A stretch of 54,126 bases of DNA, from IMG/VR virus record IMGVR_UViG_3300027911_000017, positions 1 through 54,126 of that record. The stretch is one strand, 5' to 3'. The position numbers and the translations under genes are program-made. This DNA comes from a virus. Lineage: Duplodnaviria; Caudoviricetes. Under the pieces are notes generated by a model that saw nothing but the letters and a program-made list of their open reading frames with translations, had not been told where the DNA came from and did not search any database. This document shows, piece after piece, positions 9,141 through 19,233 of this stretch. Numbering within the stretch: position 1 is the stretch's first letter; the number at the start of each line of letters is the position of its first letter.

Positions 9141-12100
9141 TGCCTGACATCAAGGTTCAATTACCGGATGGGAATACCGCAAGCTTCCCAGATGGAACAG
9201 CCCATGATGTAATGGAACGAGCGATTCAACAGCACCTAGGCTGGAAGAGTCCTCAAACACAAGCTGCTGCGAATACGAATAGTAATCCAGCGGCACAGGG
9301 AGAGGTGCGTCCGTCCGCTCCTGCTACTCAAGGAACCTTTGAGCGGGGTAATTTTTCAACACTGGATCGTACTAGAGCTATGTTTCAACCTCTAGTAGAT
9401 CATCTGCAAGGACGCCAATACTCCTCTACTACAGGAGCACCTATAGGAGGAAATTTAGCAGATTTTAAGCAATACTACACCTCTCAAGAAAATGAGCACC
9501 GTCCTATTGGACGAGCCATAGATGACTTTGCCAGTGACTTAACTAACGCCCCCGGTCTTATAACCATTGCAGGTATGAAGTATGTACCCGGAGCACTAGG
9601 TAAAGTTCTGGATGCTCACTTTCGAGCAAGCATGATTGAAGGGGTCGTTGACAGATTTCCTGCCTTAAAAGAAGCATGGCAGAAAAATGACCACGATGCT
9701 TTTTGGTATAATCTTACTCATATAGTACTAGGTACTGCTAGTGCCAAGTTTGGTGGAGATGTAGACGCGGCTGCTAAAGATGTTGCAGGAAAAGGTGAGG
9801 TAAAACCAGCTACTACCACAAGTGAAAAGATGAAGGCTGCTGGTGTTCTTCCTGAAGCTAAATCACAGCTTGCAGAACCTTTCTCCTTTAACAGTAAGCC
9901 CCCCACTGAAGCTCAAGCACCTAAGACATCCATTGCTGCCAAGTCAGTTGAGATCACAAAAGTCGCAGCAGCTCCCGGTCCTCCCTCACCTGTAAAAGAA
10001 GATGAGAAAACACAGGCTCTAATCGCTCCTCTTCCTTCTATTACTGATGGCTACGCAGGAACTCCTGTGCCTCTGACTCGTTTCCCTAAGTCTATTAGAG
10101 ACGATCTTGCACAGCAAGGGCAAACCAAGGGTCTTGGCAAGGTTGACTTATTCAAACCCAAACCCCCAGTACCTGTAGATAATGTAACCGTACAGGCCAG
10201 AGCCACAGAAATCCTACGCCAGAGTTCCGGTAATCGAACCAAAGCAGATGCCATAGAACAGGCTAAGACTGAGCTAGCTCAAAAGGTCGAAGAGCCCAAG
10301 GCTCCCAAAGTTCTTCCTGCCACTCCTAAAGAAGAGGTAGTTGCAAAGGCCCCGGAGCCACAAGCCACCCCCGAGGGTCCCAGTACTCCACAAGACCTCT
10401 TAACTAAACTCACTGACATTCACACACGCATGGCTAATCATACCCAGCTCATTGACGGAGCAGAGAATGATTCCCATGCGGCGGACTTGCAGGCCTATAG
10501 AGATAAGCTAGAAGATGCTGCACGCACAACTCTTCATCAGGGCCTCTTGGGTCTTTCAACCAAGGATATTCCTGTGTTTAGGGATACTCTTACCAAGACC
10601 GCAGAACGCTATGAAGCCCAAGCTAAGGCTATCACAGAGCTTACCGATACTACTGTAAAGTCACGCGGCATCAACAAAGAACTATCTGAGATGCTGGCTA
10701 TTGGTGGCCCAGCACGCGAGATCGTAGCTCCTGACGGTACACGGGCTTACATGAAACCGGATGCTGAAGTTAAGGGAGGGCTTCGCTTCCTTATTCAAAC
10801 TCTTCGTGGAGAGAAGCCTCGATTTGAATATAAGCTTAATGGTACACCAGATGGACGTAATCCTGAAGAGTTCATGCAAGAACTCCTTCCACAACTTCAA
10901 CGACGAGAAGAAGTAGTTGACAGCTTTAAGGACATTGTAGAACACGCGAAAGACCTTGGAATAAGTGTCCAAGAAGCTGCCGATCATAAAGGTACTAGCC
11001 TTCAAGAACTACAAGAAGAAATGGAAGGTATTGATTCCCGATATGGAAAGTTCTACAATCAAGAACCCGCTAAGCGTGCAGTCCTTAACAAGCCACGTGT
11101 AGGACCAGACGGTAAAGAGACCATGCTGGGTTCCGGTATTGGTCGCCGTCCAAAGGCTCCCATTGAGCTAGATGAACATGGGATGCCCAAGTCTCAAGGA
11201 CCCTTGGACGGGTGGACCGATGCCAAGATGAAGGCTGTCTTTGGCGGTAAGTACAAACAAATCAAGGGTAACGAAGAAGCCTTCTACAAGGAAGCCGATC
11301 AGCTTTCTGAACGTGGACAACTGATGCGGCAGGCTGCTGCTGATGCCGATAAAGAAATTCTAACTCGTAAACAAGCGAGTCAGGGTGGCTTTATAGGTGA
11401 TGGCCCCCGTGTGCCCGGACGAGTTCGTGGGGATGTAGAAAGAGCTAAACTAGCCCCACAATCGGATGACTTTCTCGCCAAGTCTAAAGCTTTCTTTAAG
11501 GGTATGCCGGAGTCGCTACAACCACGTGTTTTGAAACCCGGAGAGCAGGGAGGTTACATTGGGTTTCTTGTACTTGACAGTAAAGGACAAACTAATTGGG
11601 TTGGTATACCTAGAACCCATTCCGAATTTGCCGAAGCCCTTTATCCTGAGTTAAAGCACGCTACTAAAGATACAGCTTTACAAACGGTATTGGCTAATCC
11701 AAACATCGTGCGTAAAGCCCATATGAGTTCATATGAAATCCACGACACAACAAACCGTGGCGCAGTTCATATGATTGATATGGATACCCTAGCAGATCGT
11801 GTAACAAATCGAGAGTTGTATATAGATACTAAAGATAGAATAGGAGCTGTTCGAACTCTTACCATTCCTCCAGAATGGAACAAGCTTCATGAAGCTATAG
11901 AGATAGCTAGAAATAAAGATATTACTTTTCGTCTTCCTTCCGAACGCGGCAGTACAGGTGTACAGCGGCTAACTGGAATGGCTGCTGGAGGTGTTGCTGG
12001 AGGTGTTGCGGGAACTGCCATTGGCGGACCTATAGGTGGAGCTATTGGTGCAGGAGCTGGCATGATTGTGGGTGCAACTGCCCATGATATCATGACTAGT

Positions 12101-15100
12101 CCACGCATGGATAAGTTTCTGAATAACTTCATAGTCAGTATTCATAATACAGGTATGTCCTTAAACACCTTTCTCAAGGGAGCCCCTGAACCCGATATTG
12201 CTTCTCCTGAGATTAAAGCTATTCGTCAAGCGCAAGACATGCACCAAAATCGAGGGGCTCAAACTTGGATGGACCGTTTTCATACCCTTGCACAGAACTA
12301 CGCAAAGGGTGTTGATCCATTTGCAATGATTGCTGATCCCGCGAATCAAAGTTTTCTAAATCGCGCCATTCTTAAGATGGGCGAAGGGACAACTGCGTTT
12401 AACAAGCTTAAGCTTCCAGATGAACAGAGTCTTTATCTAGCTGCCAAGGATGCCAAGGGTGTCGCTCTTGGTGGACGAGCAGATATGAAGATGACGTATA
12501 ACGCTGTTATGCGTGAAGCCAAACAAGCTGGCTTGTATGAACGAACGACTGACTGGGGTCGAATGCTTCAGTTGAAGCGTGGCTTCGATGTTATTCAAGA
12601 GCACATGCAAACTCTTGATGGAGAGATACAAAAAGCCCAACAAGGACTCTCTAATCCTAACAATACAGTTGTAGAAGACGCAGCCTTTCAAGCTAAAATA
12701 AAGGAATTACAAGGCTATAAAGATGCCGTTCAGAAGCGCGTAGATCAGGGTAAAGCCGCGCCTGAAGGGATTACACCACAAAAACTACAGCAAATGATGT
12801 CGGACTTTCAAGGCAATCTCAATGTAAATGATCGAATGAAGATCAATCAATATTGGGATAGGGTGTTCTCTGCGCGTGAGAAGATTCTTGACATGCTGCA
12901 TAACAATGGCTTAGTCTCTACTGAAGCATATCAAACCTATAAAGCACGCGGTAAGGAATACATTCCCCTTGATCGTATTATGGATGATCTTGCGGATAAT
13001 AAGTTTCACTCTTCTGCTGATCCTTTGAATGTGAAACAACAAACAGTCATTCGTGAACTAGAAGGTAGCGAAAGAATTCCTGTTGATCCATGGGAAGCTT
13101 TATCTAAAGCAGACTCTAAAGCTTTCAATCAACTTGTTCGTAATGAGGTCATGCGACATGCTGTATCTCTTGCTCAAGCCTATCCACAACAACTAGGTGC
13201 TGAGTTTAAGAAAGTAAGCGATACCTACAGACCAAAGCAAGGTGAACAGATTGTCGGACAGTATATAGATGGCAAGCCTGTTAAGTATGCCGTACCTGAT
13301 TACCTAGGGGACGTACTCAACGGCTATCCACAAGCTGCCAAGACAGCTATGAGTATCTATGCAAAGTGGGCAGCCTCTGCTTTTAAGAGAAGTGCTACTG
13401 TTGCTAATCTATCCTTTCAACTGGCAAGCTTGTCTACTCATGCTTTATCAGCCTTGGCTCTTGGAGAGAGTAACAGTAAGGATGTTGGACGCTTTGCTAC
13501 CAGTTGGCTTTCTAGTGCTAAGTCCGTGCTCACTCAAGATGCCGAGTTTAGAGAATTAGTAAGAAGTGGGGCAACCTTTGGTGGAATGCAAGCACAGCTT
13601 GATCCAGAGTATTTCTCTAGTCCCTCAGACTTAGGCTGGAAAGAGAAGCTGGCAAAGAGACAGATTCTTAACGTGGCGGAAGATGCCGCAGCTACATTAG
13701 AGAATATCAATCGCCTTACTACGTTTAAGAATGCTCGACTGGATGGACACAGTATCAGAGCTTCAGCTATTGAAGCGAAGTACCGTGGAGGTGCGCCTGA
13801 TTTCTCTCGCGTGGGTGATGCTACAAGTTCCTTTGGCAAGCTGTTTATGTTTATGACAGCGCATATGGCTTACGCTAAACAGTTTGGGGATGTCATTAGA
13901 AAAGACCCCGCACGGATCGGCGGCATCATGTTGGCTTCCGCAGGAGCAACGATGGCTCTTGCTTATTGGAATAGTCAACAAAAGGACTCGGATGGCAACC
14001 CTCTTATGCGTAAGGTTAGTACAGAGGAGAGGTTACGTAACTGGGTATTACTTACTCCCTTTCATTACAGGGATACAGTTACAGGTGTAGAGCGTGCTTA
14101 TCAGGTTAACTTTCCTAAGCCCTTCTATGGGCAAGCTGCTATCAATCCTATAGAGCAGGCCTTCTCTAATGTTATTAGTAAAGAAGATCGTACAGGTACA
14201 CAGCAAGCTTTAGATGTGCTGGGTCACATGAGTCCAGTACCTTTGCGTTTAGAGCAAGGTAACTTGGCAAGCTCTGGGGCTACTAGTCTTGTAGCCTCCA
14301 TGCATCCTATATTGAAAACAGGCATTCAACAGTTCGCAAATCAAGACGACTTTGGACATCCTATTGTCCCTCAAAGTCAACAAAAGATTGACCCCTCTCA
14401 GCAAATTGGTCTTCACACAACTTCAACGGCTCAGTATGTAGGGCAGGGTGGAACCAAGGGAGCCTTAGGTGGAGGTGTGCTTGGGGCAGTTGTTGGAGGT
14501 CTTGTTGGAGGAAAAGAGGGAGCAGCGGTGGGTGGGACCCTTGGGGTGGCCATTGGGCAGCACGGCATTTCCCCACGACGTATTGATGCCGGAATGCGGT
14601 CCATGTTCGCCAGTTCTGCCACACAGACTGAGTCCTATCTTAACCCCTTCTTTGAGTCGCATGATAGCTCTAAGGTAAGTCAGACACCTCTTGACATAGC
14701 TAAGTCAGCTCCTATTATCGGGCCTACGATACGTAAGTACATGGGCTCTGGTATAGATCAAGAGGGTATGACAAGGCAGAAGAACTTTGAGCGTGTTACG
14801 GAGTCGGGTAAGCAGGCGGCTGCTACATTTGCCCACCTTCAACAAGCCGATCCTGCCCACGCCGCTCAGTACTATGTCGCCCACCGCAATGATATATACA
14901 TGGGTACCATTGCGGATAAGTTACAGAAAGAGGTACAAGATATAGATAAGTACATGAGCCACCTACGGGTTCAACCTGTAGGGGGTCCGGATTCCGGATT
15001 AACTTCTGAAACACAACGACTGGACATGCTACAAGAGGCATACAAAAGAAAGCAGAACATGCTTGATCTTGGCTTAAAGCTGTTCAAGGAAGGTCCTCCA

Positions 15101-15154
15101 TCTTTAGGAAGTACGGTAGCTTCACCCGGACAGGGCCAAGGTAACGCCAGATAA
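9140..15154 (+). CDS. Giant internal virion (ejection) protein, LPD38-like C-terminal region
   Basis: 2004 aa helical protein; PDFSRVG..LFMFM and HPILKTGIQQFANQDDFGHPIVP resemble large polyvalent/ejection proteins; two glycine-zipper segments. Confidence 0.65.
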   Translation: MPDIKVQLPDGNTASFPDGTAHDVMERAIQQHLGWKSPQTQAAANTNSNPAAQGEVRPSAPATQGTFERGNFSTLDRTRAMFQPLVDHLQGRQYSSTTGAPIGGNLADFKQYYTSQENEHRPIGRAIDDFASDLTNAPGLITIAGMKYVPGALGKVLDAHFRASMIEGVVDRFPALKEAWQKNDHDAFWYNLTHIVLGTASAKFGGDVDAAAKDVAGKGEVKPATTTSEKMKAAGVLPEAKSQLAEPFSFNSKPPTEAQAPKTSIAAKSVEITKVAAAPGPPSPVKEDEKTQALIAPLPSITDGYAGTPVPLTRFPKSIRDDLAQQGQTKGLGKVDLFKPKPPVPVDNVTVQARATEILRQSSGNRTKADAIEQAKTELAQKVEEPKAPKVLPATPKEEVVAKAPEPQATPEGPSTPQDLLTKLTDIHTRMANHTQLIDGAENDSHAADLQAYRDKLEDAARTTLHQGLLGLSTKDIPVFRDTLTKTAERYEAQAKAITELTDTTVKSRGINKELSEMLAIGGPAREIVAPDGTRAYMKPDAEVKGGLRFLIQTLRGEKPRFEYKLNGTPDGRNPEEFMQELLPQLQRREEVVDSFKDIVEHAKDLGISVQEAADHKGTSLQELQEEMEGIDSRYGKFYNQEPAKRAVLNKPRVGPDGKETMLGSGIGRRPKAPIELDEHGMPKSQGPLDGWTDAKMKAVFGGKYKQIKGNEEAFYKEADQLSERGQLMRQAAADADKEILTRKQASQGGFIGDGPRVPGRVRGDVERAKLAPQSDDFLAKSKAFFKGMPESLQPRVLKPGEQGGYIGFLVLDSKGQTNWVGIPRTHSEFAEALYPELKHATKDTALQTVLANPNIVRKAHMSSYEIHDTTNRGAVHMIDMDTLADRVTNRELYIDTKDRIGAVRTLTIPPEWNKLHEAIEIARNKDITFRLPSERGSTGVQRLTGMAAGGVAGGVAGTAIGGPIGGAIGAGAGMIVGATAHDIMTSPRMDKFLNNFIVSIHNTGMSLNTFLKGAPEPDIASPEIKAIRQAQDMHQNRGAQTWMDRFHTLAQNYAKGVDPFAMIADPANQSFLNRAILKMGEGTTAFNKLKLPDEQSLYLAAKDAKGVALGGRADMKMTYNAVMREAKQAGLYERTTDWGRMLQLKRGFDVIQEHMQTLDGEIQKAQQGLSNPNNTVVEDAAFQAKIKELQGYKDAVQKRVDQGKAAPEGITPQKLQQMMSDFQGNLNVNDRMKINQYWDRVFSAREKILDMLHNNGLVSTEAYQTYKARGKEYIPLDRIMDDLADNKFHSSADPLNVKQQTVIRELEGSERIPVDPWEALSKADSKAFNQLVRNEVMRHAVSLAQAYPQQLGAEFKKVSDTYRPKQGEQIVGQYIDGKPVKYAVPDYLGDVLNGYPQAAKTAMSIYAKWAASAFKRSATVANLSFQLASLSTHALSALALGESNSKDVGRFATSWLSSAKSVLTQDAEFRELVRSGATFGGMQAQLDPEYFSSPSDLGWKEKLAKRQILNVAEDAAATLENINRLTTFKNARLDGHSIRASAIEAKYRGGAPDFSRVGDATSSFGKLFMFMTAHMAYAKQFGDVIRKDPARIGGIMLASAGATMALAYWNSQQKDSDGNPLMRKVSTEERLRNWVLLTPFHYRDTVTGVERAYQVNFPKPFYGQAAINPIEQAFSNVISKEDRTGTQQALDVLGHMSPVPLRLEQGNLASSGATSLVASMHPILKTGIQQFANQDDFGHPIVPQSQQKIDPSQQIGLHTTSTAQYVGQGGTKGALGGGVLGAVVGGLVGGKEGAAVGGTLGVAIGQHGISPRRIDAGMRSMFASSATQTESYLNPFFESHDSSKVSQTPLDIAKSAPIIGPTIRKYMGSGIDQEGMTRQKNFERVTESGKQAAATFAHLQQADPAHAAQYYVAHRNDIYMGTIADKLQKEVQDIDKYMSHLRVQPVGGPDSGLTSETQRLDMLQEAYKRKQNMLDLGLKLFKEGPPSLGSTVASPGQGQGNAR

Positions 15155-15164
15155 GTGAGGGCTC

Positions 15165-15887
15165 ATGGGCAATAAAAAACCGAGATACCCTATTAGGGAG
15201 TATCTCGGCAAGTATGGACGTTGGGTTCTAGTAATGAAAGGAAGAGCGTGGTGGAAGTTTACCAGCACTACTCTTGACCGACTACAAGAGATGTTTCCTA
15301 CCCACTTGGGTGTAGAGCATTTTACAAGTGTTGAGCTAGCCGACTACAGAGCCGTTCGTCTCAGGCATGGAATAGCTTCCACAACCTTACGGTTGGAGTT
15401 CATGGTCTTTAACCAGTTCTGGACTTGGCTAAGAGAAGATCGTGGCTTGATGCTTAACAATCCAGCTAGGGCTGTACTCAAGTCCATAGCTAAGCCCAAA
15501 GGTACCAAAGCAATCGGTGGCTTTAGTCTACAAGCTGTTGAACAACTCCTAGCGGAATGCCCTACCAATGTAGAGAAGCGGTTCGTACTGGGTATTCTTA
15601 CCGGGGGTCCTTTGCCAACCGGAAGAGCATACAGAGAGATTAAGAACGCCGCACTTCGTATCGGATGGCTTGGCTTTAGCTTTAAGGAACTTCGTGTGCG
15701 CTCTCGTAGCAGGTTTGCGCTGGATGTAATTAAGGCGTACTGCCAGCAAGTCTTGGATTCCCTTACTCCTGAACCCCAACCGGAGAGCAACCCCTTCAGA
15801 ACAATCGAGAGTACGCCCCTTGATGAAGGGGCCACGGTCAGTGACTACAGCCACGACACTCCGGTGGTTCACGGGGTTAATCAATAA
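15165..15887 (+). CDS. Tyrosine-recombinase-like protein (core-binding domain, degenerate catalytic part)
   Basis: LADYRAVRLRHGIASTTLRLEFMVFNQFWTWL..NNPA matches the integrase SAM-like domain pattern; no clear R..HxxR..Y set. GAGG RBS. Confidence 0.5.
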   Translation: MGNKKPRYPIREYLGKYGRWVLVMKGRAWWKFTSTTLDRLQEMFPTHLGVEHFTSVELADYRAVRLRHGIASTTLRLEFMVFNQFWTWLREDRGLMLNNPARAVLKSIAKPKGTKAIGGFSLQAVEQLLAECPTNVEKRFVLGILTGGPLPTGRAYREIKNAALRIGWLGFSFKELRVRSRSRFALDVIKAYCQQVLDSLTPEPQPESNPFRTIESTPLDEGATVSDYSHDTPVVHGVNQ

Positions 15888-16145
15888 CAACCTTGTGCCG
15901 AAGGGCAGAGTCTTGTGAGCTACTGTCATAGCCATAGGGTTATAGGGCCTCCCATTAGCCATAGTGGAACCCATCTCTGCCCCGTACCAGCTACTTCGCA
16001 TCACCTCTCTTGAAGGGATGAAGACTTGAACCACCCAAAGGGTCCTAGGACTAACCCCATGCGTAGGGGCCTTCATCATCGTTGAAGCCTGTAGCATCGG
16101 AGTTAAGAGAAGGCAGAACAAGGGAATGATCTTCTTCAAGGTCAT
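15549..16145 (-). CDS. RlpA-like (double-psi beta-barrel) lytic transglycosylase with signal peptide
   Basis: SSWYG..MANGRPYNPMAMTVAHKTLPFGT..VVTDRGPFIKGRTLDCS is the RlpA signature. AGGAG RBS before ATG 16145; MTLKKIIPLFCLLLTPMLQA signal-like N-term. Confidence 0.85.
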   Translation of the reverse strand: MTLKKIIPLFCLLLTPMLQASTMMKAPTHGVSPRTLWVVQVFIPSREVMRSSWYGAEMGSTMANGRPYNPMAMTVAHKTLPFGTRLLLINPVNHRSVVAVVTDRGPFIKGRTLDCSEGVALRLGFRSKGIQDLLAVRLNYIQRKPATRAHTKFLKAKAKPSDTKCGVLNLSVCSSGWQRTPGKNTQYEPLLYIGRAFR

Positions 16146-16734
16146 TAAAGTCTCCTGTAATAATGTTCCATACTCCTGTAGCCTTCTTTTTAAGATCACG
16201 CAGGTCCCCATCTTTAACGTCAATTTCAAAGTCCCATCCCTTATAGTTATCTAAGGCGATTTCACTTAGATGATTAGGATCACGGGTGGGGTCTTGATAC
16301 AATGAACCATCTTTCATGCGGCGGATTACCTTAATCAGGTGTCCGCCGTTTTGCTTTATGTACTCAGCTTCGTTAGGATAACGAACATCTGCTACGATAG
16401 CTACGTCTGGATTCTCTTTCTTGATACGTGCGGCTAATGTTGTCACCCATATGTCCGGATTACGTTTGCGAGCTACTTCAGTTCCATACCACTGTAAAAT
16501 CTTTGTATAGCCGTAAATTGGATCGTCTTTGCAGGCTGGAATTTGTTTAGTCTGGTGAGCAAGCTGCCATTGAGGAAGAAGTTCATTATGATGGTCTCGA
16601 CAATAGAGTTTGAGTTCATCAGCGAAGCCATAGATACGTGCGACAGCATCTGAGGCTCGCGCAAGGTCCTTGAGGTACTCAGCTACTAGGTTCTTACCTT
16701 GACGCGCTTTGTGGGCTATACCTATGCGGATCAT
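16051..16734 (-). CDS. Deoxynucleoside monophosphate kinase
   Basis: IGIAHKARQGKN P-loop, FADELK, LQWYGTEVAR, DVRYPNEA, HLSE motifs. Confidence 0.85.
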   Translation of the reverse strand: MIRIGIAHKARQGKNLVAEYLKDLARASDAVARIYGFADELKLYCRDHHNELLPQWQLAHQTKQIPACKDDPIYGYTKILQWYGTEVARKRNPDIWVTTLAARIKKENPDVAIVADVRYPNEAEYIKQNGGHLIKVIRRMKDGSLYQDPTRDPNHLSEIALDNYKGWDFEIDVKDGDLRDLKKKATGVWNIITGDFNDLEEDHSLVLPSLNSDATGFNDDEGPYAWG

Positions 16735-17315
16735 TGTGCTGCCTCCTGAATAAGCAATGCAAACTCATCGAAACTCTTAACGCGAGGGATCACCCAAGCA
16801 CCTGTGTCCTGATTGTAGGTAGCGTCATACAGATACGTCTTGGTTTGAGGACTAGTCTGATGCACATCTATACAGTTCTTTGGTCTATCGTCTATGAAGT
16901 AATTGAGATTTAGTCCAGCAGCTATTGGGCCTTTACGATCCGATATAATTACCGTAGGGTTGTAAAGTCCATAGTTTCGTTTAAGCCATATTTTAGTCTG
17001 TTCTTCAATCGGATAACCGGAGCCATCCTTGCGATTGGTGATAAAAATAACTCGATGTTTCTCTGCCATGGAGACGAGCTTATCAGTAGCTGGCATCTTG
17101 GCATGATTAAGCCACCAGTTAGGAATGCCATCAATAGCTTTCCACATGTTATTCTCTTGTTCCTTTGAAACACCAATGGATTCAAAAGACCAGCCTGTTT
17201 GGACTTTATCATAGGTATCTATTCCAAAGTTTTCCCATAACAGCTTACGAGCGGCTGTTGTAAAATCGGCAATAACTCCATCTACATCTACCCCTACATT
17301 AAATCTTTTTGCCAT
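16731..17315 (-). CDS. HAD-family 5'(3')-deoxyribonucleotidase-like protein
   Basis: DVDGVIADF motif I, FITNR, YFIDDRPKN. Confidence 0.85.
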   Translation of the reverse strand: MAKRFNVGVDVDGVIADFTTAARKLLWENFGIDTYDKVQTGWSFESIGVSKEQENNMWKAIDGIPNWWLNHAKMPATDKLVSMAEKHRVIFITNRKDGSGYPIEEQTKIWLKRNYGLYNPTVIISDRKGPIAAGLNLNYFIDDRPKNCIDVHQTSPQTKTYLYDATYNQDTGAWVIPRVKSFDEFALLIQEAAQ

Positions 17316-18075
17316 ACACTTTACCCCCATAGGCAAACCGACCCTTATGAATTACAACAGAGTAGTAGTTAAACTGCCCGTCAGGAAAGACATTGATTAT
17401 ATTGATTCCATGCAACCATGCCGTAGGACGGTTACGTAAATACCCCGGATTGACATTTCCAGTAGTAGGCGAAATGTATCCCTGCCATTTATTGATATGT
17501 TCAACAGGAGATATCTTCGTGAAGGTTTGAGGGGAATGAGTGTGTCCCGCCAATACGTTACAGGCGTAGGTTTCGACTGCTTTCTTAGCAGGCATAGTTC
17601 CAGCTTGGTTCCCAATCCCACTAAGCACCTCTCCGTGAATGACCTTGAGCTTCCCGAGGGAGTATGCATGTCCCAGTGGAATAATCTTCCATCCCCGTTC
17701 AATAAGTTTAAGATTAGCCACATGATCTATAACACCTTCCAGTTCAGGGTGTTCCTCGATCAAATCTTGTTCAAAGCGTTCGTGATTGCCGATGATCCAA
17801 ACCTTCTCACAAGTCTTGGGAAGAACTTTCTCAAGTGGTGTTAGAATGTCATGTTCAAAACCCTTGATTGAATTGGCATAAGCCCTTCGAGTACGAAACA
17901 AAGGCTTACCTTTTGTATGGTGGGAGATTTCATCAAAGTGAAATTGATCGCCCCCGAAGATATAGACATCAGGAGGATTGGCTTTGAGAAAGTCAAGTTC
18001 AGCCTCCCATGTTGGTTTATCATACAAAGGGTAATGCTTATCGAAATCTGCTACTGCTGTGCGAATTTTATCCAC
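17299..18075 (-). CDS. Calcineurin-like metallophosphoesterase
   Basis: DKH, GGDQFH, GNHE, HG, GHTH motifs; probable GTG start at 18075 after GGGAG. Confidence 0.85.
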   Translation of the reverse strand: MDKIRTAVADFDKHYPLYDKPTWEAELDFLKANPPDVYIFGGDQFHFDEISHHTKGKPLFRTRRAYANSIKGFEHDILTPLEKVLPKTCEKVWIIGNHERFEQDLIEEHPELEGVIDHVANLKLIERGWKIIPLGHAYSLGKLKVIHGEVLSGIGNQAGTMPAKKAVETYACNVLAGHTHSPQTFTKISPVEHINKWQGYISPTTGNVNPGYLRNRPTAWLHGINIINVFPDGQFNYYSVVIHKGRFAYGGKVYGKKI

Positions 18076-18934
18076 GATATGGTTCTCCCGTTGTGAAGGA
18101 AGGATAGAGTATCTCCCGATATCCATCTTCACCTAAACATAGAGTCTTCTCCTGTCCATGCAAATAACGACCGAAGAAAGAGAACTGTCGCTTAGTGGAC
18201 TTATCCGGAGAATTCATAAAGATTAAGTGCCCTCCGCCTCCTACGAATGCGCTTGAACCCCGTGCTGCATTGATGTTAAGATTAGAACCCTTGTCGTCTA
18301 ATTTCTTTCTGTTGTGATGCGTCAGGACCACTGACAGGTAACGATTCTTGAAAAGGGAGTTCAATTTGTTGATTTGGTTCTGAATCGTTGCTGCGTCGTT
18401 CTCTCCGTTCGGTGGTAGCTTCGCTAGACCCCCGAAGGTATCCACTACCAGTATCTTCGCTTTGGTGACTTCCAGCATACGTTCCGCGAATGTTATAGTA
18501 TCCTCCCATGTCTTTATCTCCTGTGGTGTCTCCTCTGCGAGGAGTACATAGAAATTTTTATTTCCAATCAAGCCCTTGACCTCACATATCTGACGCTTAA
18601 ACTCCTGCTCAGTTTGTTCTGTGAGATAAAGGACCCTTGTGGGTGGGCATTCCTTGCCTAAAAACTTCCCGCCCTCTGTTACCGCTTTTAACATATGGAA
18701 CAATAGAATGGTCTTACCTGTCTTAGGTTCGGCTGATAAGATGGTCTTAGCACCTACAGGAATCCAGTCCGGGCAGTACCATTCTATTTCCAAGTCAGGG
18801 CGTTTGGCTAATTGTTCAAGGTTGATTAAGGGAGACCAGTTCTCCGGTTTCTCGCTCCACTTCTCATTCTCATAGTCTCGAAAGGCTATCTCTGCTTCTT
18901 CGACTTTATGAACAGGATATTCTTCGTAGTTCAA
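18068..18934 (-). CDS. RecA-type AAA ATPase / RepA-like helicase
   Basis: Walker A AEPKTGKT, VLYLTE, Walker B LVVDT, LTHHNRK, ARGSSA. Confidence 0.85.
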   Translation of the reverse strand: MNYEEYPVHKVEEAEIAFRDYENEKWSEKPENWSPLINLEQLAKRPDLEIEWYCPDWIPVGAKTILSAEPKTGKTILLFHMLKAVTEGGKFLGKECPPTRVLYLTEQTEQEFKRQICEVKGLIGNKNFYVLLAEETPQEIKTWEDTITFAERMLEVTKAKILVVDTFGGLAKLPPNGENDAATIQNQINKLNSLFKNRYLSVVLTHHNRKKLDDKGSNLNINAARGSSAFVGGGGHLIFMNSPDKSTKRQFSFFGRYLHGQEKTLCLGEDGYREILYPSFTTGEPYRG

Positions 18935-18942
18935 GCGGGCTC

Positions 18943-19233
18943 CTAGTTAACCATTGGATTGTTTGATTTGCGCTTCTCCGCGTCCATTTCTGCAATTTTT
19001 TCTGTGGCGACATTCTGGGCTTTGATCTTCAGGACCATGTCATTTGCCTCACGCAGATAATGCGCTTCTATTGTTTCAAGTTCAAAGTCTTGAAATACTT
19101 CATTTGAGTGGGAGATGCCTGCGCGTCCAGAGATAGGGCGGCGAACTGCTGTACCCTCGGGCACTGTTCCCAAAACCATAACCAGCTCTCCAGTTAATTT
19201 CAAGCACAAGATCATTCCGGGTTCAATTTGCAT
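18943..19233 (-). CDS. Hypothetical protein
   Basis: 96 aa, GGAGGAG RBS, co-oriented in operon. Confidence 0.7.
   Translation of the reverse strand: MQIEPGMILCLKLTGELVMVLGTVPEGTAVRRPISGRAGISHSNEVFQDFELETIEAHYLREANDMVLKIKAQNVATEKIAEMDAEKRKSNNPMVN

Noticed and set aside
15165-15887. Functional integrase indicating a prophage
   Set aside because: Catalytic residues not evident; no repressor, att site or host genes recognised in the window.
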